From Archaeoglobus fulgidus DSM 4304 (GTDB lineage Archaea > Halobacteriota > Archaeoglobi > Archaeoglobales > Archaeoglobaceae), in assembly GCF_000008665.1 (NCBI RefSeq), contig NC_000917.1, positions 1,140,001 to 1,172,000 on the forward strand: a stretch of 32,000 nucleotides of DNA, written 5' to 3'. The number at the start of each line of letters is the position of its first letter. Position 1 is the first letter of the stretch. Below, in pieces: positions 6,699 to 14,997 of the stretch. The notes beneath the pieces are model-generated. The model saw nothing but the letters and a program-made list of their open reading frames with translations. It searched no databases and had not been told where the DNA came from. The position numbers were made by a program, and so were the translations under genes.

Positions 6699-8459
6699 TT
6701 AGGAAGACTTGAGTTCAGGGAAGTCGTCGTAGAAGTACTCGTGCTCCCCCTTCTCTCCCTTCTTCCTCTTCTCCTCCTCAATCTGCCTCAGCTCAACTCT
6801 CCTTATTTTACCGCTGATGGTCTTGGGCAGCTCGGGAACAAACTCGATTATCCTGGGTATCTTGTACCTCGCAAGAATATTCTTGCAGTGCATGAACAGC
6901 TCAAGAGCAAGCTCCCTTGATGGCTCGTAGCCCGGAGCAAGTATGACGAAGGCCTTGACGAGCTGATACCTTATGGGATGCGGGCTTCCAACAACAGCAG
7001 CCTCAGCAACTGCAGGGTGCTCAATAAGGGCGCTCTCAACCTCAAATGGTCCGACACGGTAATCAGAAGTTTTTATGACATCATCAGCCCTGCCAACAAA
7101 CCACCAGTACCCCTTCTCGTCGAAGAACGCCTTATCTCCCGTGTAGTAGTACTTTCCAACGAAAACTTTGGCCGTTTTCTCAGGGTCGCCCATGTACTCC
7201 TTGAACAGCCCAATCGGCCTCCAGCGATCAAGCCTGACGACGATGTGGCCAACCTCATTGGGCTTCGTTATTTCATTGCCCTCATCATCAACGAGAGTAA
7301 CGTCGTACATGAAGGTGGGCCTGCCGAAAGAGCCGGGAATGATTTTGCCTCCCTTGAACCACGGCGGGTTGCCTATCATTGCGGTGCTCTCCGTCTGGCC
7401 GTAGAAGTCCCTGATTTCCGTGTCGGTGTACTTCTTCCACTGCTCGTAGAGTTCGGGGTTGAGTGGTTCTCCAGCGCTAACGACATCCCTCAATGCCGAG
7501 TAGTCGTACTTTCCTATGTCTGCGAACATGAACAGCCTCCATGCTGTTGGCGGGGCGCAAAAGGTGTTGACCTTGAACTCGGACACAGCCTGAAGGTAAA
7601 GGTCACCGTTCAGCCTCGTGTAGTAGAAACCGGTCGCAGTGGCTCCGACGTTAAGAGGGGCAAAGAAGGAGCTCCACGCGTACTTCGCCCATCCCGGAGC
7701 GCTCAGGTTGTGGTGAATATCTCCCGGTTGCACATTGATTATGCATGCTGTCATGAGGTGGCCCACTGGGTAGGATGTAGCGGTGTGGGCAACTCTCTTC
7801 GGCAATCCCGTCGTTCCCGAGGTGAAGAAGCTGAAGATTATGTCGTCCCACTTCGTCTTTGCAGCCTCAGCTTCCGACGACTCCTTGCTAAGGGAATCGT
7901 AGCTCTCCCATCCGCTCCTGTCTCCGATAACAATTTTGACTTTTGGCTCCGCACCAACGTTGCTTAAAGCCTCATCAATTGTTTTGGCTGAAGCTTCGTC
8001 GGCCATAATTGCAACCGGCGGGTAAACTTTGAACCTGTATTCAAGGTCTCTGACCGTCATCGTTGTAGCGGTGGGAACTCCTATGAACCCTCCCTTGACA
8101 GTTGCAAAGGTTGCGAACCATATTGGGGGCAGGAGGGGAATCATCATGTAGAAGCTGTCCCCCTTCTCCACGCCGTGTCCCCTCAGGAAGTTAACAATCC
8201 TGTTTCCTTCAGCAGCAAACTGCTCGTAGGTGTATTCCTTCTTTTCTCCCGTCTCAATGTTCGACCATATCAGGGCCTTCTGATTCCCCCTATCCTTCAC
8301 GTGAACTCCCTCAAAGATTTCTTCCGCCCAGTTGAAGTACTCAGGCAGCTGCATCGTGTTCAGCTTTCTGAAAAACTCTTCCATGGCCTTTTCCTTCGTC
8401 TCATTGTCTGGCAACTTCGTCAATTCGATAAATTCCCTATATATCTCCTCCATCTTCAT
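6699..8459 (-). CDS. AMP-forming acyl-CoA synthetase (medium/short-chain acyl-CoA ligase family)
   Basis: 586-aa ORF with the motifs FTSGTTGLPKRV, YGQTES, YYTGD, GRADDVIK and PKTISGKIRR. Confidence 0.9.
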   Translation of the reverse strand: MKMEEIYREFIELTKLPDNETKEKAMEEFFRKLNTMQLPEYFNWAEEIFEGVHVKDRGNQKALIWSNIETGEKKEYTYEQFAAEGNRIVNFLRGHGVEKGDSFYMMIPLLPPIWFATFATVKGGFIGVPTATTMTVRDLEYRFKVYPPVAIMADEASAKTIDEALSNVGAEPKVKIVIGDRSGWESYDSLSKESSEAEAAKTKWDDIIFSFFTSGTTGLPKRVAHTATSYPVGHLMTACIINVQPGDIHHNLSAPGWAKYAWSSFFAPLNVGATATGFYYTRLNGDLYLQAVSEFKVNTFCAPPTAWRLFMFADIGKYDYSALRDVVSAGEPLNPELYEQWKKYTDTEIRDFYGQTESTAMIGNPPWFKGGKIIPGSFGRPTFMYDVTLVDDEGNEITKPNEVGHIVVRLDRWRPIGLFKEYMGDPEKTAKVFVGKYYYTGDKAFFDEKGYWWFVGRADDVIKTSDYRVGPFEVESALIEHPAVAEAAVVGSPHPIRYQLVKAFVILAPGYEPSRELALELFMHCKNILARYKIPRIIEFVPELPKTISGKIRRVELRQIEEEKRKKGEKGEHEYFYDDFPELKSS

Positions 8460-8505
8460 AACAACCTCCCTTACCTACATTTTTAATCACACATCTTTTA
8501 CATAG

Positions 8506-8513
8506 TATTTAAG
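8506..8513 (+). promoter_or_regulatory. putative TATA box (TATTTAAG) of the mutase operon
   Basis: AT-rich divergent intergenic region. The element is centred about 27 nt upstream of the ATG at 8537, which is the first mini-ORF. Confidence 0.35.
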
Positions 8514-8576
8514 AATTTTGATTCGAATTGAATTAAATGAAAAGTTTTAAGTTTTCAGAACAATGACATATGAACA

Positions 8577-10256
8577 ATGACGAATATAAATGAGAAAAGG
8601 AAAGAATGGGAAGAGAAATGTCTCAAACCGTGGTTGCAAAAAGCTGGGCAGAGAGAAGAAAAGTTCGAGACACTATCCGGCATTGAAGTTAATACAGTTT
8701 ATGATCCAACGGACATTGAACACATAGACTTTGTGAGAGACATCGGCTATCCGGGAGAGTTTCCCTTCACGAGGGGAGTTTATCCGAACATGTACCGCGG
8801 AAGGCTGTGGACTATGAGGCAGTTCTCGGGCTTTGGCACCGCAGAGGACACCAACAGAAGATGGAAGATGCTGCTCGAAGAGGGTGAGACGGGCTTGAGC
8901 ACAGCCTTCGACTTTCCAACTCTGATGGGCGTGGACAGCGATGACCCGCTTGCAGACGGAGAGGTGGGCAAAGTAGGAGTTGCCGTTGACACGCTTAAGG
9001 ACTTTGAGATTCTCTTCGACGGCATCCCGCTTGATAAGGTCTCGACGTCTTTCACCATCAACCCTCCTGCGGGTATCATACTGGCAATGTACGTTGCCAT
9101 CGCAGAAAAGCAGGGAGTTCCAAAGGAGAAAATCAGAGGGACAATTCAGAACGACATGCTGAAGGAATTCCACGCCCAGAACACTCTCGTTTTGCCTCCC
9201 GAGCCATCTCTCAAGATAATTGTTGACATCTTCGAGTGGGGAATTGAAAACGTGCCTAAATTCAACTTAATCAGCATCTCTGGCTATCACATCAGAGAGG
9301 CTGGCTCAACAGCAGTTCAGGAGCTTGCTTTCACAATTGCTGACGGAATGGCCTACGTTGAGGCTGCGATGGAGAGAGGGATAGACATTGACCGCCTTGC
9401 CCCACAGCTCAGCTTCTTCTTCAACTCCCACAACGACTTCTTTGAGGAGATTGCGAAGTTCAGGGCTGCAAGGAGGATGTGGGCCAAGATTATGAGGGAT
9501 GAATATGGAGCCAAGAATCCCCGCTCATGGTGGCTGAAGTTCCACACCCAGACAGCAGGCTGCTCTTTGACGGCTCAACAGCCCCTGAACAACATCGTGA
9601 GGACAACGATTCAGGCTATGGCTGCGGTGCTTGGCGGGACTCAATCATTGCACACCAACAGCTTTGATGAGGCTTGGGCTTTGCCGAGCGAGGAGGCCGT
9701 GAGAGTTGCACTGAGAACGCAACAGATTATCGCTTACGAGAGCGGAATTCCCAACGTTGTCGATCCGCTTGCAGGAAGCTACTACGTTGAGTGGCTTACT
9801 GACAAGATGGAGAAGCTCGCATGGAAGTACATCGAGGACATAAGGAAGATGGGTGAGGGCAGCATGCTCAGAGGTGTGCTTAAGGGCATAGAGAACGGGT
9901 TCTTTGTGAGAGAGATTTCAGATGCAGCTGCGAGATACCAGAGGGAGATTGAGGAGGGCAAAAGGATAGTTGTTGGCGTGAACAAGTTCACCATTGAGGA
10001 GGAGCTTAAGATTCCCATTCTGAAGGTTGACCCAGAAGTTCAGAGAAGGCAGATTGAAAGGCTGAGGAAGGTCAAGGCCGAGAGGGACAATGAGGCGGTG
10101 AAGGAGGCTTTGGAGTGGTTGAGAAACGCTGCCGAAAACGATGAAAATGTCATGCCTCCGATAATGGAGGCTGTTAAGGCCTATGCGACGATTGGAGAAA
10201 TAATGGGTGTGCTTAAGGAGGTTTACGGCACCTACAAGAAGCCGATAATCATCTGA
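8577..10256 (+). CDS. coenzyme-B12 acyl-CoA mutase large (catalytic) subunit; methylmalonyl-CoA mutase family with an isobutyryl-CoA-mutase-like Phe/Gln signature
   Basis: 559-aa ORF with FTRGVYPNMYRGRLWTMRQFSGFGT, GLSTAFDFPTLMG, GTIQNDMLKEFHAQNT, SISGYHIREAG and QSLHTNSFDEA. Confidence 0.9.
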   Translation: MTNINEKRKEWEEKCLKPWLQKAGQREEKFETLSGIEVNTVYDPTDIEHIDFVRDIGYPGEFPFTRGVYPNMYRGRLWTMRQFSGFGTAEDTNRRWKMLLEEGETGLSTAFDFPTLMGVDSDDPLADGEVGKVGVAVDTLKDFEILFDGIPLDKVSTSFTINPPAGIILAMYVAIAEKQGVPKEKIRGTIQNDMLKEFHAQNTLVLPPEPSLKIIVDIFEWGIENVPKFNLISISGYHIREAGSTAVQELAFTIADGMAYVEAAMERGIDIDRLAPQLSFFFNSHNDFFEEIAKFRAARRMWAKIMRDEYGAKNPRSWWLKFHTQTAGCSLTAQQPLNNIVRTTIQAMAAVLGGTQSLHTNSFDEAWALPSEEAVRVALRTQQIIAYESGIPNVVDPLAGSYYVEWLTDKMEKLAWKYIEDIRKMGEGSMLRGVLKGIENGFFVREISDAAARYQREIEEGKRIVVGVNKFTIEEELKIPILKVDPEVQRRQIERLRKVKAERDNEAVKEALEWLRNAAENDENVMPPIMEAVKAYATIGEIMGVLKEVYGTYKKPIII

Positions 10257-10265
10257 GGTGGTGAA

Positions 10266-10682
10266 ATGGAGAAAAAAATCAGAGTGCTCGTTGCGAAGGT
10301 AGGGCTTGATGGGCACGACAGGGGGGCGAAGGTTCTGGCGAGATTTCTGAGAGATGCTGGCTTTGAGGTCATCTACACTGGCCTTCACCGCACACCGCAG
10401 GAGGTGGCGATGGCTGCAGTGGATGAAGACGTGGATGTTGTGGGCATAAGTCTTCACAGCGGTGCTCATCTTGCTTTAGTGCCGAAGGTCATAAACTACA
10501 TAAGGGAATACGGGGGCAATCCAGATGAGATGCTGATCCTCGTTGGTGGAGTTATTCCGACAGACGATATTGTCGAGCTGAAAAAGATGGGGGTTGATGA
10601 AGTGTTTATTCCCGGCACCCCCATTTCGGAAATTGTTGAGTTTATCAAAACCAAGCTGCCAGAAAAGAGGAAGAAAGAATGA
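10266..10682 (+). CDS. acyl-CoA mutase small subunit (B12-binding domain)
   Basis: 138-aa ORF with the DxHxxG motif ([10 protein letters not shown]), SxL ([10 protein letters not shown]) and GG (LVGGVIP). The SD sequence GAGGTGGTGA lies upstream. Confidence 0.9.
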
Positions 10683-11719
10683 AACCTGAGGAAATTGTTG
10701 AGGGATTGCTTTCGGGCAACAGAAGGGCTTTGGCCAGAGCAATAACCTACGTTGAGAACGAGTATCCAGAGTCGAAGGAGATAATGAGACAAATTTTTGC
10801 CAAAACGGGCAGGGCTCACGTTGTCGGTTTGACAGGCTTTCCCGGCGTGGGAAAAAGCACTCTGGTGAGCAAGCTGACGGAGGAGTTCAGGAGAAGGGGA
10901 AAGAAGGTTGGTATCATCGCCATCGACCCCGGCTCGCCATTCACGGGAGGAGCGCTGCTGGGAGACAGACTGAGGCTGGACGGGATGGACTCAAGAAAAC
11001 AGCTTTGGACAGATCCGGGCATTTTCTTCAGAAGCATGAGCTCTCGCGGCAGGGCTGGAGGTTTGGCAGCCAAAACAGGAGATGTTGTAAGGCTGCTGGA
11101 TGCCTTCGGCTTCGACGTCATTCTCGTCGAAACTGTTGGGGCAGGGCAGAGCGAGGTGGACATCATTGAGGTTGCAGACACCTCGGTTGTCGTGATGATG
11201 CCTGAAACGGGGGATGAGATTCAGGTGAACAAGGCCGGAATCCTTGAGATTGGAGATATTTACGTTGTAAACAAGGCTGACTTGGGAGGGGCGGAGAAGG
11301 TGGAGCGCTGGCTGAGATACATGCTCTCCCTCGATGAGGAGAGCGTGCAGATGCTTTCTCAGATGACCCACGCTGATGAGGCGAGAGTGCAGAGTGGAGA
11401 GTTCTTTGAGCGTAGAAAGGGATGGAATCCACCCGTCATTAAGACCGTCGCCGACAGAGGAGAGGGGATAAAGGAGCTTGCGGATGCCATTGAGGAGCAT
11501 TTTGACTACATGAAGAAGACAGGGCTGATAGAGAAGAGGAGAAGGGAGAGGGTGAAGAGGGAGCTCTTTGAAATCGTGATGAACGACGTAATCAAGCTCG
11601 TCAAGGAGAAAACAAACTACAGGGATTTGTTGGTGAAGCTGCTGAAAGGTGAGACCGACCCCTACACCGCTGCAGAACAAATTGTCGAGGAGGTAATTCA
11701 CAATGCTGGCAAAGGATAG
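10679..11719 (+). CDS. meaB: MeaB/ArgK-type G-protein chaperone of B12 mutases
   Basis: 346-aa ORF with the P-loop [26 protein letters not shown] and NKAD. It overlaps the small subunit gene by ATGA. Confidence 0.9.
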
Positions 11720-12191
11720 CTCCCTCACGAGAACAGGGAAAGGGGAGATAGTAGACAAGGACTCCAGCTTCACATGGTATGTCGGGACAATTGATGAGGC
11801 AAACGCCTTCATCGGCCTTGCGAGAGTTTTCTCAAAGGACGAGAAGGTGAGGGAGACGCTTCTGGAGATTCAGAAAATGCTTTTCCTTGTGGGAGCTGAG
11901 CCCTCCCTTCAAAAGCTGAGCGAGAAGGATTTGGAGTGGATGCTTGAGAGAGTTGAGGAGTTTGAAAGGTCTGTGAAAAAGCCCCACTGCTTCATTATTC
12001 TTGAGAAGGATGAGAGCACCGCCTTTCTCAGTGTTGCAAGAGCAGTGGTGAGGAGGGCTGAAAGGCAGGCGGTGAGGCTCTACAGAGAGGGAAAAGCAAG
12101 GCTTCTGGTGGTTGAGTGGCTGAACAAGCTCAGCTACCTGCTTTACCTCATGATTCTGAAGGAAGGTGGAGGAGATTTTGAGGAAATTTAG
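11703..12191 (+). CDS. PduO-type ATP:cob(I)alamin adenosyltransferase (divergent N-terminus)
   Basis: 162-aa ORF with TRTGKGEI...[17 protein letters not shown]...[10 protein letters not shown]...LNKLSYLLY, as in PduO/MMAB-type enzymes. An SD sequence GAGGAGGT lies 8 nt upstream, inside the 3' end of meaB. Confidence 0.75.
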
Positions 12192-12202
12192 GAGGTGTTA
12201 GT

Positions 12203-13390
12203 TTGAGAGATGTGGCGGTTTTGGGAGTTGGAATGACGAAGTTCGGGAAGCATCCCGATAAATCTCTCGTCGATTTGTTTGCAGAGGCCTTTTATGAGGC
12301 CTTTGAGGAGTCCAACATCGAGCTGAAGGACATTCAGGCCTTATACTACGGTAACTTTGTTGGTGAGATGACGGACGGCTCAGGCAATCTTTCGGGCTTC
12401 ATGGCGGACGAGATAGGGCTGAGGGGTATACCAGCTATAAGATACGAGGGGGCGTGCGCTTCATCCAGCGTTGCTTTCAGGGAAGCTGTGAGGGCCGTTG
12501 CTGCAGGCTACTACGACATTGTTGCGGTTGGAGGGAGCGAGAGGCTCTACACCGCTGGAACGGAAATAGGAACGAGGGCTTTAGCGACTGCGGTAGATGG
12601 CGTTTACGAGATTACCGCAGGGCTGACGTTCCCCGGAGTTTTCGCCCTCGCAGCGAGGCTTTACTCCAAGAAGTATGAGATACCGCTTGAGGAGCTCAGA
12701 GAGATGATGGCGATGGTCTCCGTAAAGAACCACAGGTATGGGGCGATAAACCCCAAGGCGCAGTTCTACGGGAAGCTTGGTGATTTGAAGGTTGAGGATG
12801 TTCTGAACTCAAGGATGATAAGCTCGCCCCTAACGCTGCTGGACTGCTGCCCGATGACCGACGGTGGAAGCGCTGCAATCATTGCAGCTGCCGACTTGGC
12901 AGAGGAGCTCGTTGACACGCCCGTTTACGTAAGGGGAACAGGGCAATCGTCAGCGGGAGGGCTTTTCAGGCAGAAGGAGGATATCATCAGAGCGATACCG
13001 AGAAGGAAAGCTTCAGAGATGGCCTTTAAGGAGGCAAATATGACTCCCAAGGACATCGACTTTGTGGAGGTTCATGACTGCTTCACCATCGCCGAAATTA
13101 TCGCCTTAGAGGCCATGGGATTCTTCGAGTACGGGCAGGGATGCTATGCGGTGAAGGAGGGTGTAACGAGTATTGATGGTGACCTGCCAGTCAATCCAGA
13201 CGGCGGGCTGATTGGCAAGGGGCATCCTGTGGGTGCGACGGGAGTTTCGCAGGTTTACTCGGTGGTTAAGCAGCTAAGGGGAGAGTTCAAGGAGAATCCG
13301 GTGAAGGATGCGGAGACGGGAATGACCGACACGCTTGGCGGGGACTTCGGAACGCTGGTGAACATAATTTTGAGCGTTCACAGGAGGTGA
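12203..13390 (+). CDS. thiolase (archaeal SCP-x-type acetyl-CoA C-acyltransferase)
   Basis: 395-aa ORF with a TTG start preceded by GGAGGTG. It has the active-site Cys context EGACASSSVAF and C-terminal HDCF and GHPVGATG motifs. Confidence 0.85.
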   Translation: MRDVAVLGVGMTKFGKHPDKSLVDLFAEAFYEAFEESNIELKDIQALYYGNFVGEMTDGSGNLSGFMADEIGLRGIPAIRYEGACASSSVAFREAVRAVAAGYYDIVAVGGSERLYTAGTEIGTRALATAVDGVYEITAGLTFPGVFALAARLYSKKYEIPLEELREMMAMVSVKNHRYGAINPKAQFYGKLGDLKVEDVLNSRMISSPLTLLDCCPMTDGGSAAIIAAADLAEELVDTPVYVRGTGQSSAGGLFRQKEDIIRAIPRRKASEMAFKEANMTPKDIDFVEVHDCFTIAEIIALEAMGFFEYGQGCYAVKEGVTSIDGDLPVNPDGGLIGKGHPVGATGVSQVYSVVKQLRGEFKENPVKDAETGMTDTLGGDFGTLVNIILSVHRR

Positions 13391-13394
13391 AGGG

Positions 13395-13805
13395 ATGAGG
13401 TTCGTGGACTTCTTCAACGCCCTGCTGGAGGGGAAAGTCATAGGCCAGAAGTGCGGTGACTGCGGGAGCTACACCTGCCCGCCGAAGGCTACATGCGATA
13501 ACTGCGGAAGCAGGAATCTTGAGGCTGTTGAGCTGAGCGGTAAGGGTGTTATAAGGACCTTCACAACAACCTACGTGGCCCCCTCAGGCTACACAAATGA
13601 AGCTCCCTACACAGTTGCCATGGTCGAGCTCGATGAGGGGCCGTGGATTGTTGGGAGGATTGACTTGCCCAACGAGGAGATAGAGAAGTTCGGGCAGGAT
13701 TTAATCGGCGCAAGAGTTTCCGTTTACGGCAAGGAGTTCCCCACTGAGCCCTTCTATCCAGACAAGAAGAGAAGGGTTGTGCCGATGTTCAGGTTAGAGG
13801 GGTGA
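13395..13805 (+). CDS. DUF35 OB-fold/zinc-ribbon protein (thiolase partner)
   Basis: 136-aa ORF with the CGDCGSYTCPPKATCDNCGS ribbon followed by an OB-fold-like C-terminus. It lies immediately downstream of the thiolase. Confidence 0.85.
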   Translation: MRFVDFFNALLEGKVIGQKCGDCGSYTCPPKATCDNCGSRNLEAVELSGKGVIRTFTTTYVAPSGYTNEAPYTVAMVELDEGPWIVGRIDLPNEEIEKFGQDLIGARVSVYGKEFPTEPFYPDKKRRVVPMFRLEG

Positions 13806-14956
13806 AGATGAACTTCGAGCTTGATGAGGACCACAGAATGCTCCAGAATGCAGTGAGGGAGTTTGCAGAGAAGGAGATAATGCCCTACGGCAAGGAGTAT
13901 GACGAGAAGAGGGAGTATCCGATGGAGATTTTCAGAAAGGCTGCGAAGCTTGGCTATGTAGGGGCGAGCGTTCCTGAGGAGTACGGTGGAGCGGGGCTGG
14001 ATTACCTCGGAGAGGCTATCATCAGCGAAGAGCTTACAAGAGCTGACAGCAGCATTGGGACTGCAGTTGATCTGGCAATTCTCGGAGTTCCAATGGTTCT
14101 GAGATATGGAAGTGAGGAGCAGAAGGAGAAATACATCCCACCCGTCGTTCAGGGTAAAGCTCCTTCGGCAATAGCCATCACAGAGCCCGACTGCGGTACT
14201 GATGTCGCTGCCATGAGAACAAAGGCCGTTAAGGAGGGAGAGGAGTGGGTGATAAACGGCTCCAAGACCTTCATCACCAATGGAAGCGTTGCTGGGCACA
14301 CCATCGTCCTCGCAAAGACCGCTGAAGTCGAGCCTCCCCACAGAGGGATTTCAGCCTTTATCGTTGAGCCAGCATGGGAGGGGTACGAGGCGAGGAGAAT
14401 AGAGAAGATGGGGCTGAACTGCCACGATACGGCTGAGATAACGCTGAAAAATGTAAGAGTTCCCGCTGAAAACCTCCTCGGGGAGGAGAACAGGGGATTC
14501 TACCAGCTGATGGAGTTCTTCAACGAGAGCAGGGTTAAGATTGCAGCTCTCCACTTGGGAATGGCTGTTGGAGCTTACGAGAGAGCCTTGGAGTACGCGA
14601 AGCAGAGAAAGGCGTTCGGGAAAGCTTTGATAGAGCATCAGGCGATTCAGTTCAAGCTCGCCGACATGTGGAAGGATATCGAAGCTGCAAGGCTGCTGGT
14701 TTACAAGGCTGCGTGGCTTATTGACCAGGGTAAGCCCGTACCCGCCATAAGCTCAGCAGCGAAGCTCTTCGCCAGCGAGGCTGCTGTAAAGGTTACCTAT
14801 GAGGCTCTGCAGGTTTTTGGCGGCTACGGCTACAGCAAGGAGTACGACATCGAGCGCTACTACAGAGATGCAAGAGTCGGGACGATTTACGAGGGAACGA
14901 GCGAGGCCCAGAGGATTGTGATTGCGAGGAGTCTGATGGGGAGGGTTAAGCGGTAA
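13802..14956 (+). CDS. acyl-CoA dehydrogenase
   Basis: 384-aa ORF with ITEPDCGTDVA, FITNG and IYEGTSEAQRIVIAR. It overlaps the DUF35 gene by ATGA. Confidence 0.9.
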   Translation: MKMNFELDEDHRMLQNAVREFAEKEIMPYGKEYDEKREYPMEIFRKAAKLGYVGASVPEEYGGAGLDYLGEAIISEELTRADSSIGTAVDLAILGVPMVLRYGSEEQKEKYIPPVVQGKAPSAIAITEPDCGTDVAAMRTKAVKEGEEWVINGSKTFITNGSVAGHTIVLAKTAEVEPPHRGISAFIVEPAWEGYEARRIEKMGLNCHDTAEITLKNVRVPAENLLGEENRGFYQLMEFFNESRVKIAALHLGMAVGAYERALEYAKQRKAFGKALIEHQAIQFKLADMWKDIEAARLLVYKAAWLIDQGKPVPAISSAAKLFASEAAVKVTYEALQVFGGYGYSKEYDIERYYRDARVGTIYEGTSEAQRIVIARSLMGRVKR

Positions 14957-14970
14957 TTTTTGTCTTTTTT
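14957..14970 (+). terminator. oligo-T terminator of the mutase operon
   Basis: TTTTTGTCTTTTTT follows the stop codon directly, which matches the archaeal T-run termination signal. Confidence 0.45.
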
Positions 14971-14997
14971 CCCACTCTCTCCGCACAAGCTCTGAGG

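Noticed and set aside
6978-7967. 329-aa plus-strand ORF
   Set aside because: It is antisense to the acyl-CoA synthetase, whose AMP-binding motifs are unambiguous. It has no motifs of its own.
8524-8531. Palindrome ATTCGAAT in the acs/mutase divergent spacer
   Set aside because: An 8-bp palindrome in an AT-rich region is expected by chance, and it has no second copy.
9918-11812. Minus-strand ORFs of 183 aa (9918..10469), 121 aa (10816..11181) and 273 aa (10991..11812)
   Set aside because: They are antisense to the mutase and MeaB genes, which have clear motifs, Shine-Dalgarno sites and translational coupling.
13754-14341. 195-aa minus-strand ORF
   Set aside because: It is antisense to the acyl-CoA dehydrogenase and has no independent support.
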